Source: Flavobacteriales bacterium
GTDB taxonomy: Bacteria > Bacteroidota > Bacteroidia > Flavobacteriales > Flavobacteriaceae
Length of the DNA stretch: 64,000 nucleotides
NCBI GenBank assembly: GCA_004214185.1
Contig: SGZG01000002.1
Coordinates: 16,948 to 80,947 of the forward strand
Direction: 5' to 3'
Below, piece by piece: positions 38,761-47,743 of the stretch. The notes below the pieces were generated by a model, which saw only the letters and a list, made by a program, of their open reading frames with translations, was not told the DNA's origin and did not search any database. Within the stretch, counting starts at the first letter, position 1; each line of letters starts with the position of its first letter. The position numbers and the translations under genes were made by a program.

Positions 38761-39465
38761 CTAGGTAATTAAATTTCCTTTATCATCCCACATAGCTGTA
38801 TCATTTCTTTTGGACTGATCTATACATTTATCAATCCACTCTTTGTCATAACTAAGTCCGTATTGATCTAAAACATCTTGAGGGACACCATCCCAAATAT
38901 TTGGTGAGTTTCCCTTGTAACCTAGTTCTTTTATTCCAACTTCTGAGGTAAAATACCCTGTCATAGTTAAGTTTCTGACTAAATTGAACCATTGAACAGA
39001 TTTGGGATAATCATCAATACTTTTATTAGGATCATAAAATGCTATCTCATCTAGAATTTCTTTTTGTTGAGAAATTTCACAATCAACAAACACATTATCA
39101 AATCTTTTTTTAGACTCATCATCTATCCACACCAACCCTTCCTTTAAAGGTTCTTTATATGATGGGATATCTTTTGCCATAAATTCAATTAACTGAACCA
39201 CTTCAGCATCTCTTATATTTCCAAATTCATTTGGGGGTAAAATAAGATTACACAGTTTATCAAAAGTGAATAGCTCATAGTTTGTAAAACATTTTTCAGC
39301 AAATAGTTTGTCATCATATAATTTTTCTTCAGGGGTTCTTCCATATTCGTATCTGGTAAGAGATCTCTTAATTTTTTCTCTGGAAATTCCATAGCATCCT
39401 TCAAGTAAAAGACCAGCTCCAATGGATGCAAAAGTTATAGTTTTAATTGAATTTCTTCTATTCAT
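38761..39465 (-). CDS. TAT-signal small subunit, gluconate 2-dehydrogenase subunit 3 family
   Basis: Start preferred at the internal ATG (MNRRNSIKTITFASIGAGLLLEGC, a twin-arginine motif followed by Cys), 1 nt after the GMC stop. The tracked ORF extends to 39495. The family pattern is recalled from partners of GMC flavoenzymes. Confidence 0.7.
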   Translation of the reverse strand: MNRRNSIKTITFASIGAGLLLEGCYGISREKIKRSLTRYEYGRTPEEKLYDDKLFAEKCFTNYELFTFDKLCNLILPPNEFGNIRDAEVVQLIEFMAKDIPSYKEPLKEGLVWIDDESKKRFDNVFVDCEISQQKEILDEIAFYDPNKSIDDYPKSVQWFNLVRNLTMTGYFTSEVGIKELGYKGNSPNIWDGVPQDVLDQYGLSYDKEWIDKCIDQSKRNDTAMWDDKGNLIT

Positions 39466-39466
39466 A

Positions 39467-41188
39467 CTAAAAATTTTGTTTTTTAAATTCTTCAATAATT
39501 TTTTCAGAAGACCTCATAGCTAATGCAAGGATAGTCCATGTCGGATTTTTATCTGCTTGTGATACAAAAGGTCCTGCATCTACAACAAATACATTTGAAA
39601 CATCATGTAACTGTTCAAATTCATTTACAACAGAATTTTTGGGGTTTGAACCCATTCTAGTTGTTCCAACTTCATGAATAATTTGACCTGGCTTGGTTAG
39701 ACCATAGTTAGCATCTTTTCCAGGCTTTTTCCATAATGGTATAGCATCCATATTATGAATAATTTCCTCAAAAGTATCCTGCATGTGCTTAGCCTGTTTA
39801 ATTTCATTATCAGTCCATTTATAGTTAAATCTCAAAACAGGAACACCATATTTATCAACCTTGTTTGGGTCAATCTCACAATAATTTGATCTTTGAGCTA
39901 CAGACTCTCCTCTTCCAGAAAGGCCAATGGTAGAGCCATAATATTTTTTCATATCATCTCGTAAACTATTCCCATATCCACCAGCTTTGTTTAAGCCAAA
40001 AAATTTGTTAAAACTGTTTACATTAAAACCTGTTCCATAGGATGGGGCACCTAATCCTCCCCAAACCTCTATATGGTATCCACGTGCAAAATCTAAATTT
40101 TTGTTGTCTAACCACCAAGGTGAATATACATGCATACCACCTACACCATCTTCATTATATGTTTTTCTATTTATTAATTGAGGTATAAACGCCATCATAT
40201 CTCCTCCGGTTGAATCATGTAAATAACGTCCAACTAAGTCTGAACTGTTTCCTAAACCGTTTGGATGTTGTTTTGATTTTGAATTAAGTAAAATTCTGGC
40301 AGAACTACATGCAGAAGCAGCTAAAACAACTACTTTACCCTTGAGTTTATATTCAATATTATCTTCTTTATCAATAAAAGAAACACCAGTTGCCTTACCT
40401 TCTTCATTAGTTGTAACTGTTCTAACCATTGAATTGACGTATAAATCAATTTGTCCACCTGACTTTTGAGCGGGAAAAATCAAACATGATCCAGATGAAA
40501 AATCAGCATAAACGTTACAACTTCGTGCACAACCATTACAATAAAAACAAACTCCTCGATCGTTATTTAATCTTTTAGTAAGAATTGATAATCTTGAAGG
40601 CATTACCCTAACGTTACTTTTTCTTGCGGCATTTATGTAGAATAATTCATGAAGTCTGGGTTTTGGTGGTGGCAAGAAAAAACCATCGGGTTCATTGTAA
40701 ATATTTTCTTTTGTTCCAAAAACACCAATTAGTTTATCAACTTTATCATAATATGGCTTGATATCATCATAACCAATAGGCCAATCATCACCAAGACCAT
40801 CTATGGATTTCTTTTTAAAATCGTCAGGTCCAAACCTTAAGGAAATTCTTCCCCAATGATTTGTTCTTCCTCCCAACATTCTAGATCTGAACCATCTAAA
40901 GTCTGTATCTTCATTTTGACTGTATGGTTCACCATCAATATCCCATCCTCCATAAGCCTGATCATAATCACCAAAAAAACGTGTGGTTCCCGCACCTCTT
41001 CTTGGTGAATGGTAAGCAGGTTTTAATTGAGTCATTTGTTCTGGATTAGCAGGATCAAAATAAGGACCTGCTTCAACAACAGCAACAGATAGTCCTGCTT
41101 CTGAAAGAACTTTTGTAGCCATTCCTCCCCCAGCACCTGAACCAACTATTACAACATCATATTCTTTTGAGCTTTGTTTTATTTGCAT
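39467..41188 (-). CDS. GMC-family FAD-dependent oxidoreductase
   Basis: 573 aa. N-terminal FAD fold YDVVIVGSGAGGGMATKVLSEAG. C-terminal GMC region IHEVGTTRMG...VFVVDAGPF. No signal peptide of its own. Confidence 0.9.
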   Translation of the reverse strand: MQIKQSSKEYDVVIVGSGAGGGMATKVLSEAGLSVAVVEAGPYFDPANPEQMTQLKPAYHSPRRGAGTTRFFGDYDQAYGGWDIDGEPYSQNEDTDFRWFRSRMLGGRTNHWGRISLRFGPDDFKKKSIDGLGDDWPIGYDDIKPYYDKVDKLIGVFGTKENIYNEPDGFFLPPPKPRLHELFYINAARKSNVRVMPSRLSILTKRLNNDRGVCFYCNGCARSCNVYADFSSGSCLIFPAQKSGGQIDLYVNSMVRTVTTNEEGKATGVSFIDKEDNIEYKLKGKVVVLAASACSSARILLNSKSKQHPNGLGNSSDLVGRYLHDSTGGDMMAFIPQLINRKTYNEDGVGGMHVYSPWWLDNKNLDFARGYHIEVWGGLGAPSYGTGFNVNSFNKFFGLNKAGGYGNSLRDDMKKYYGSTIGLSGRGESVAQRSNYCEIDPNKVDKYGVPVLRFNYKWTDNEIKQAKHMQDTFEEIIHNMDAIPLWKKPGKDANYGLTKPGQIIHEVGTTRMGSNPKNSVVNEFEQLHDVSNVFVVDAGPFVSQADKNPTWTILALAMRSSEKIIEEFKKQNF

Positions 41189-41211
41189 TATTTGAGTTTT
41201 GTTTTATTTAA

Positions 41212-41958
41212 CTATAGTTCTTGTATTTTAATATTTCTAAATGAAATTACACCAGGGTGATCCTGAATACTAATTTTACCCGTTTTAAATTTTCCAAAAT
41301 CACAATTATGCCAAGGTTTTTCATCACAATTGTTGAACTTAGTAGGAGCTACCATGGCATCCCACTCGTCTCCACTTAGAGGAAAATCAACAATTTTTGT
41401 GCCATTATGAATAACAACTCCTCTATTTACATTATGGTCAATAGTTATCTCATAAGAGTTCCATTCACCTGCAGGATTGGTCACTGATTCAGATGGTGCA
41501 ACCATTCCATAAAGAGCTCCTGCTTGAATCAAAGGAGGATCAGGAATTTTTGGATCTAAAATTTGTATCTCAGGTCCAGTAACATAAGGAAATTCATACT
41601 TTTCATCTTCTTGTACACCCCAGAAAAAACCACTATTTGACCCTGGACTAACTTTCCATTCGAGATAAATTTTAAAGTTTGTATAATCTTTGTCACTAAC
41701 TAAACTTTTATCTCCATTTCCAGATGCATTTACTGATGTGAAGGTTAAAATACCATCCTTTATATCCCAACCGGTTTTATTTCCATCATCTTGAAAATAA
41801 TGCCAACCATCTAGTGAATTTGGCTGAATCAGTTCAACCCATTCACTATTTTTTGTTGATTCAACAATATGATTTTGGGTTTTGTCGTTATTTTTTTTCT
41901 CTAAGTCATTACATGAGAAAATTAAAATCAGAGCGATTAATTGAATTGTTTTTTTCAT
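41212..41958 (-). CDS. DUF1080 (3-keto-disaccharide hydrolase family) lipoprotein
   Basis: 248 aa. Lipobox ILIFSCND. W.H/GW.IKDGIL start and C-terminal G.ISIQDHPG.ISFRNIKIQEL, typical of the concanavalin-like DUF1080 family. Confidence 0.8.
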   Translation of the reverse strand: MKKTIQLIALILIFSCNDLEKKNNDKTQNHIVESTKNSEWVELIQPNSLDGWHYFQDDGNKTGWDIKDGILTFTSVNASGNGDKSLVSDKDYTNFKIYLEWKVSPGSNSGFFWGVQEDEKYEFPYVTGPEIQILDPKIPDPPLIQAGALYGMVAPSESVTNPAGEWNSYEITIDHNVNRGVVIHNGTKIVDFPLSGDEWDAMVAPTKFNNCDEKPWHNCDFGKFKTGKISIQDHPGVISFRNIKIQEL

Positions 41959-41976
41959 AATTATTTATTTGTAGGA

Positions 41977-43401
41977 TTATAATTCCCATCCTTTTCTTCT
42001 TTTTCTGCCAACAAATTGATTAGCTGGTTCAAAATTAGTTACTCTAGTGTTGATGCCATCCCATAAAAGTTTTTTCCTTCCAATGTATTCTTTACCTTTT
42101 TTAAGCATGTAACTTCGAAGTGCTAAATTTCCCATTAAAACAGTTTCAGTAAAAGGACCTGCATATTCAATGGGCGAACTCAATTTTTTATATTCTTTAC
42201 TTCCATATCCACTCTTACATGCGTCAATCCATTGTTTGTGGTGAATGTAGTCTAAACTATTAATATAAGGAACATCTGTTATTAAATGTATTGTTTTTTC
42301 TCCTTTTCTATACAATTTAGGATTCAAGCCATAAACTCCACATGAAATCACTCCTTTTTCGCCAATGATCAACACACCGTTGGTATTACCTTTTTCACCT
42401 AAATAATCTTCGGCTGGAATTATCTCAGGTCTAGGTGGAATAATACCTCCGTCCATCCATATTAACTCAACATCAGAACCTGTCTTAACTGATTTTTCAA
42501 AATGTAAAGTGATTAGCGAAGCAGCTGGTGGTCCCTCAGGAAAATAATTTGCTGTCCACATTTTTTCATAAATGTTTGCCACACTACATTCTACATCCTT
42601 TGGATAACCTAATTCTAATGCCTTATATGGTGCATCTAAAATATGACAACCCATATCTCCAAGTGCTCCAGTACCATAATCCCACCATCCTCTCCAATTA
42701 AAGGGATGAAACTCAGGTCTGTATTCTCTGTATGGAGCTGGACCCAGCCATAAATCCCAATTCAAATTTTTTGGCTTATCGGAGGATGGATTTGGCATTT
42801 TAAAACCTTGGGGCCAAACAGGCCTATTCGTCCAAGAATATACTTTATTTATATTTCCAATTAATTTTTTATCAACCCATTCTTTTATTTTGTCAACCCC
42901 TTTGCTAGATCCACCTTGATTACCCATTTGTGTTACAACTTTCATTTTTCTAGCTGTATTTGTCAAAATCCTAGCCTCTTCAATATTGTGTGTCAAAGGT
43001 TTTTGAACATATACATGTAAACCACGATTCATAGCTTTATTAGCTATAACAGCGTGTGTATGGTCCGGTGTACTAATAGTTACTGCATCTAGATGTTTTT
43101 CTTTGTCTAATAACTCTCTGAAATCAACATAGAAATTAGCACTAGGGTATTTTTTTCTAGATTTTATTACTCCATGATTTCCATTTGGATGCACATCACA
43201 AAGAGCAACAACCCTTTCATTTTCAGCCCACTTATTTCTAATATCTCCACCCTTTCCACCTGAACCAATTGATGCAATTAGTAATTGATCACTTGGAGGT
43301 GTATAACCACTACCACCAAGTACGTTTCGAGGTATTATGAATAATCCAGAGCTAACAATGGATGTTTTTTTAATAAACTTTCTTCTAGAGTTTTTTTTCA
43401 T
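41977..43401 (-). CDS. Gfo/Idh/MocA-family oxidoreductase with TAT signal
   Basis: 474 aa. SRRKFIKKTS twin-arginine leader, Rossmann IASIGSGGKGG, and the conserved block FNWRGWWDYGTGALGDMGCHILD. Confidence 0.85.
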   Translation of the reverse strand: MKKNSRRKFIKKTSIVSSGLFIIPRNVLGGSGYTPPSDQLLIASIGSGGKGGDIRNKWAENERVVALCDVHPNGNHGVIKSRKKYPSANFYVDFRELLDKEKHLDAVTISTPDHTHAVIANKAMNRGLHVYVQKPLTHNIEEARILTNTARKMKVVTQMGNQGGSSKGVDKIKEWVDKKLIGNINKVYSWTNRPVWPQGFKMPNPSSDKPKNLNWDLWLGPAPYREYRPEFHPFNWRGWWDYGTGALGDMGCHILDAPYKALELGYPKDVECSVANIYEKMWTANYFPEGPPAASLITLHFEKSVKTGSDVELIWMDGGIIPPRPEIIPAEDYLGEKGNTNGVLIIGEKGVISCGVYGLNPKLYRKGEKTIHLITDVPYINSLDYIHHKQWIDACKSGYGSKEYKKLSSPIEYAGPFTETVLMGNLALRSYMLKKGKEYIGRKKLLWDGINTRVTNFEPANQFVGRKRRKGWEL

Positions 43402-43440
43402 TATTTTGAAAAATATATCTATTATTATTGATTTGAAAAT

Positions 43441-44160
43441 ATGAACAAATTTTTTATTTATTTAATTATTGGATTATTTTTTTCTCAACAATTAGCTCAA
43501 TCGCAGGATTTTAAAGATAAAAATGTGTTAATTGTGTGGGGAGGTTGGGAAGGCCATAATCCAAAACTATTTTCAGAAATTTTTGAAAATTTTCTTAATA
43601 AAAATCTTGCTAATGTTACGGTGTCTAATAATTTAGAAGTTTATTCAAATTTAAATTACCTATTAAACTTTGATTTAATAATTCAATCTGTAACACAATC
43701 AGAAATAAGTAATGAACAAGAAAAAAACTTACTAAATGCAATCAAAAGTGGTGTTGGTTTTGCTGGTGCACATGGTGGAATTCTTGATTCATTTAGAAAA
43801 AATACAAATTACCATTTTATGACAGGGGGTCAATGGGTTGAACACCCAGGTGGAATGATCAAATTTATGGTAAATATTGTTGATAACGAATTAACTATAG
43901 GAATTGATGATTTCGAAATATACTCAGAACAATATTACATACACTATGATCCTGAAATTGACATACTCGCTACAACCACATTTAATGACAAATATTATCC
44001 ATGGATAAAAGATGTTAAAATGCCTGTTGCTTATAGAAAAAAATTTGGAAAAGGGAAAGTTTTTGTAATATCTATTGGACACAATCCCAATGAATTTATT
44101 AAATCTGAGGGTGCTCTTAAACTATTTAAAAGAGGTTTAGCATGGGCTTGTTCAAATTGA
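43441..44160 (+). CDS. ThuA-domain (trehalose-utilisation-like) protein, secreted
   Basis: 239 aa. Sec signal ...FSQQLAQSQD. VLIVWGGWEGH, then GFAGAHGG and EHPGG, as recalled for ThuA-like class-I glutamine-amidotransferase-fold proteins. Confidence 0.7.
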   Translation: MNKFFIYLIIGLFFSQQLAQSQDFKDKNVLIVWGGWEGHNPKLFSEIFENFLNKNLANVTVSNNLEVYSNLNYLLNFDLIIQSVTQSEISNEQEKNLLNAIKSGVGFAGAHGGILDSFRKNTNYHFMTGGQWVEHPGGMIKFMVNIVDNELTIGIDDFEIYSEQYYIHYDPEIDILATTTFNDKYYPWIKDVKMPVAYRKKFGKGKVFVISIGHNPNEFIKSEGALKLFKRGLAWACSN

Positions 44161-44832
44161 TTTGAAATTTGATAATTCTTTGTAAGATAAAAACCTCCAC
44201 TTTCCTCTTGATAATTTTTTTTTTGAAATATTGTCAATTAAAACTCTATCAATTGATATAATCTCATTTTTTAAACTTTTTAATAGACCAATAACATTTA
44301 AATAATGGTCAGTAATAAGCTCTAAACCTATTTCATTTTTACTTGTATTATTTACAAAATCAACTGAAGTTATTTTTAAATTTTTAGATTTATTTTTTCT
44401 TAAAAAATGAAGATTTTTTAAAGAAATAGGGTTTTTAAATTTAACATGAAATAATTGGTTGATTTTGGTCAAAAAAGTTCTAAAATTCTTATTAAACTCA
44501 ATATCATTAGAAAATACAACTAGCCCTTTCAAATCATCAATATTTTTTTCTGTTATACTCAAATTATCAATTTTTGATGAACTTAGTAGATTGTAAATAT
44601 TATTTTCTCCTTTTAATTTGAAATCAATTGGTTTATTCAAAAGAATATAGCTATATAAATAAGGTACTATTATTTTATTATCAACTCGAACCTCTGCATT
44701 TAATGAAACTTTATAGCCTAAAGTCTTAACTATTTTTTTGTCAACCTTAACTCTTCCATCAACTATATATGCATCAGCCTCTCTTCTTGTACACAAGCCT
44801 GAATTGGATATATATTTGTTAAGTCTAATCAC
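44152..44832 (-). CDS. S4-domain protein related to RsuA/RluB pseudouridine synthases, catalytic motifs degenerate
   Basis: 226 aa. N-terminal S4 domain (IRLNKYISNSGLCTRREADAYIVDGRVKVD). The position of GRLDxxTxGLLxxTND reads EKNIDDLKGLVVFSND, and the EG(K/R)xxQ(V/I)RRM region reads TDHYLNVIGLL. Confidence 0.6.
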   Translation of the reverse strand: MIRLNKYISNSGLCTRREADAYIVDGRVKVDKKIVKTLGYKVSLNAEVRVDNKIIVPYLYSYILLNKPIDFKLKGENNIYNLLSSSKIDNLSITEKNIDDLKGLVVFSNDIEFNKNFRTFLTKINQLFHVKFKNPISLKNLHFLRKNKSKNLKITSVDFVNNTSKNEIGLELITDHYLNVIGLLKSLKNEIISIDRVLIDNISKKKLSRGKWRFLSYKELSNFKSI

Positions 44833-44843
44833 TATTTATGAAT

Positions 44844-45728
44844 TTAAATTTCTAATAACATAACACTGAAAATTCCTAATATAATTAAAAGTTTTAATGC
44901 ATTATGTAATTTTTGAAAAGTTTCTTTTGAATTTTTTTTGTAGAGAAAAAACATAAAAACTGTAAAAAATACATACACAAAATAGTGGTAGTATTTCATT
45001 GAATAAACATCATAGGATTGAATAATGTGAATTGAGACTACAAACACAATTACAACTAATAAATTAATGTAATATTTAGAAATTTTTTCACCATATTTAA
45101 CTGGAATTGTATTGTATTTTAGTGTAAAATCGCCAACGAAATTTTCTAAATCTTTAATTACCTCTCTTATCAAAACAATAAAAAAAAGAAAGATTGAGTG
45201 ACTAATTATTTCCAAAGAATAATTTTTGTAGTATAAAATGATTGCAAAAAAAGGGGTGATAGAAAGTAATACAGAAAAAATATTTCCAAAAAATGGGTAC
45301 CTACTAATTCTAATTGAATATAAAATAATCCCAATAATATAAAGAAGAAAAAAAAGAAAAGCTTTTAACGAAATTAAATAGGCAAAAATTAAAGTAAAAG
45401 AGTTAAAAAATACATAAGTTAAAAATTTTGTCCTTCCTGAAATTTGATTTTCGAGTAGTGTTTTTAAGGGTCTATTAATTAAATCTTTTTTTGAGTCATA
45501 TATATTATTAATTATATATCCTGCAGAAATTGAAAAAGCTGAGCAAAAAATTATTAACCAAACATTATAATCAGAAATAATTTCATAAAATGTTTTGTTC
45601 TCTGAAAATATATAGGTAGCAGATATTAGTTGGGCTAGTATTATAAAAACAATATTGTATCCCCTAACAACAGAAAATAAACTCAAAATTTTAAATAAAC
45701 TTTTTTTATTTAAAATTGTTAATGACAT
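44844..45728 (-). CDS. UbiA-superfamily prenyltransferase
   Basis: 294 aa with about 8 TM helices. First Asp-rich motif NNIYDSKKD (NxxxDxxxD) and second KDLENFVGD. Start shares one nucleotide with the mevalonate kinase stop. Confidence 0.8.
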   Translation of the reverse strand: MSLTILNKKSLFKILSLFSVVRGYNIVFIILAQLISATYIFSENKTFYEIISDYNVWLIIFCSAFSISAGYIINNIYDSKKDLINRPLKTLLENQISGRTKFLTYVFFNSFTLIFAYLISLKAFLFFLLYIIGIILYSIRISRYPFFGNIFSVLLSITPFFAIILYYKNYSLEIISHSIFLFFIVLIREVIKDLENFVGDFTLKYNTIPVKYGEKISKYYINLLVVIVFVVSIHIIQSYDVYSMKYYHYFVYVFFTVFMFFLYKKNSKETFQKLHNALKLLIILGIFSVMLLEI

Positions 45729-46657
45729 CAGAAATTGTAAACAACCTCTAAATTATAATTACTTAAAGATTTTTTTGCCTTATTGTAGTCTTTTGCAAAT
45801 CCCAAAATATATCCACCTCCGCCAGATCCGCATAATTTCAGGAAGTATTCATCAGATTCTATTCCTTTTTCCCAAACATTGTGAAAATCTTTAGGAATCA
45901 TAGGCTTAAAATTCTTTAGAACTAACTTTGATAAAATTTTAATGTGTTTAAACAAGGAATTAAAATTTGCATTTAAAAAATCTTCAACACAAGAATCTGT
46001 TATTTTGATAAATTCATCATTAATCATTCTCTTGTATTTCTTATTTTCCATCAATTTAAAAAATATTTCAACCATTGGTGCAGTATCACTTGATTTGCCA
46101 CTGTCTAATAAAAAAACTGCTCCTTTTCCAATAGAATCTTGAGAAGGAATTCCTGTAGTTTCAACTTCATCTTTTGAATGAATTAAAATAGGTAAACTTA
46201 GATAACTGTTTAAAGGATCAAGTCCTGAGGATTTACCATGGAAAAAAGATTCCATTTCTGAAAAAATATTTTTTAATACTAGAATTTTTTGTTTGGTTAA
46301 ATTTTCTAAAACAGTAATTTTACTTAAAGCATATCTGTCATAGATGGCAGCAACAATAGCACCACTACTACCTACACCATATCCCTGTGGAATTGAACTG
46401 TCGAAATACATTCCGTTTACAAGATCTATATCAAATTTCTCATGATCAAATTTTACAATATCTGTATTTATTTTCAATAAATAATCTCTGAACTTTTTTA
46501 GATTCTGATTAGAAATTTTTTGATTTTCATTTTTAGAATCTCCAACTTTCAAACCCCCTTTAAAATAATTAAATGGAATTGATAATCCTTTGGAATCTTT
46601 TATGATTCCATACTCTCCAAATAATAATATTTTTGAATAAAAAATAGGAGCCTTCAT
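45728..46657 (-). CDS. mvk: mevalonate kinase (GHMP kinase)
   Basis: 309 aa. KILLFGEYG N-terminus, GHMP motif PQGYGVGSSGAIVAAI, and C-terminal KLCGSGGGGY. Confidence 0.85.
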   Translation of the reverse strand: MKAPIFYSKILLFGEYGIIKDSKGLSIPFNYFKGGLKVGDSKNENQKISNQNLKKFRDYLLKINTDIVKFDHEKFDIDLVNGMYFDSSIPQGYGVGSSGAIVAAIYDRYALSKITVLENLTKQKILVLKNIFSEMESFFHGKSSGLDPLNSYLSLPILIHSKDEVETTGIPSQDSIGKGAVFLLDSGKSSDTAPMVEIFFKLMENKKYKRMINDEFIKITDSCVEDFLNANFNSLFKHIKILSKLVLKNFKPMIPKDFHNVWEKGIESDEYFLKLCGSGGGGYILGFAKDYNKAKKSLSNYNLEVVYNF

Positions 46658-46666
46658 AGTATAAAA

Positions 46667-47743
46667 TTAAAGTTTATTTGGTCCATTACCAACTTGATCA
46701 TTTATAAACTCTTTATTTTCACAATAAATGCAGAGCTTCTCTTTTATAAACTTTTGAATTTTTATGAATTCTTTTTTTGGATAAAGAAGATGAATATTTG
46801 CTCCTGCATCAAGTGTAAAACATACTTTAGAATTGTTGTTATTTCTGTAATTCCAAATCTCATTAATTATTTTTAAAGAATTTGGCTTAATTAAAACATA
46901 ATATGGGTTGGAAGTCATCATCATAGCATGTAGAGTTAACGCCTCTAATTCAACGATATTAATAAAACCGTCTAAGTCACCTGAAACTAATGATTTATCT
47001 AGAGATGTGATATTTTTTTTAACCTGTGTAAGTCTGTTTTTAGAAAATGAATGATTTTCCATTAAAGAGTGTCCCAAAGTACTTGAGATATGCTTCTTTC
47101 CTTTATCCACTAGCAAAATTGTGTCTTGATAATCTAAAAAATTTGCATGAATTTTTTTTTGATATTTAAATCCGTACAAATCTGAAGTTCTAATATCAAC
47201 ACCTGTGTTTCCCCATAAAGTTATAGGACCATAAAGACTTCTGCAAGCACTTCCTGAACCTAACCTGGCTAAAAAAGAGGCTTTCTTAAAAAAATATTCA
47301 GATGAAATACTTGAATCTAGTTTTTTTTCAATATCCATAACACATAAAGCAATAGCACTATAAGCCGATGCGGATGAAGCAATACCGCTACTGTGTGGAA
47401 AGGAATTCTTTGTCTCGATTCTAAGTTTCAATTGCTTTAAAAATGGACAGTAAGTATTTATTCTTTCAAAAAAAACTTTTAATTTATTTTCAAATGAAGG
47501 TTCTTTTTTATTTTCAAAATAAAAATCGAAGTCGACTTTTTTTAAATTTTCAGAGTAATCATAGCTTAATTTACAAGTTGTATTACAATTAGTTAATGTG
47601 AAGCTTATTGATGGGTTAATTGGGATTTGGATTTCTTTTTTACCCCAGTATTTAATTAAAGCAATATTGCTTGGTGAGCACCATGTTGATTTACCATGAA
47701 GATTTTTAACATTTCTTTCTTTAAAAATGAATATGTCTGACAT
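46667..47743 (-). CDS. mvaD: diphosphomevalonate decarboxylase
   Basis: 358 aa. PSNIALIKYWGK, GIASSASAYSAIA, LGSGSACRS and FTLDAGANIHLL, characteristic of the MVD family. Confidence 0.9.
   Translation of the reverse strand: MSDIFIFKERNVKNLHGKSTWCSPSNIALIKYWGKKEIQIPINPSISFTLTNCNTTCKLSYDYSENLKKVDFDFYFENKKEPSFENKLKVFFERINTYCPFLKQLKLRIETKNSFPHSSGIASSASAYSAIALCVMDIEKKLDSSISSEYFFKKASFLARLGSGSACRSLYGPITLWGNTGVDIRTSDLYGFKYQKKIHANFLDYQDTILLVDKGKKHISSTLGHSLMENHSFSKNRLTQVKKNITSLDKSLVSGDLDGFINIVELEALTLHAMMMTSNPYYVLIKPNSLKIINEIWNYRNNNNSKVCFTLDAGANIHLLYPKKEFIKIQKFIKEKLCIYCENKEFINDQVGNGPNKL

Noticed and set aside
38648-44240. Genomic island inserted at tRNA-Phe (the exported oxidoreductase cluster begins 41 nt after the tRNA)
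   Set aside because: There is no integrase, recombinase or mobility gene. I found no direct repeat of the tRNA 3' end at the far boundary (44160-44260). The cluster is packed as tightly as the core genes around it. The coding sequence seems slightly less AT-rich by eye, but I did not compute this, and conserved enzymes usually look that way.
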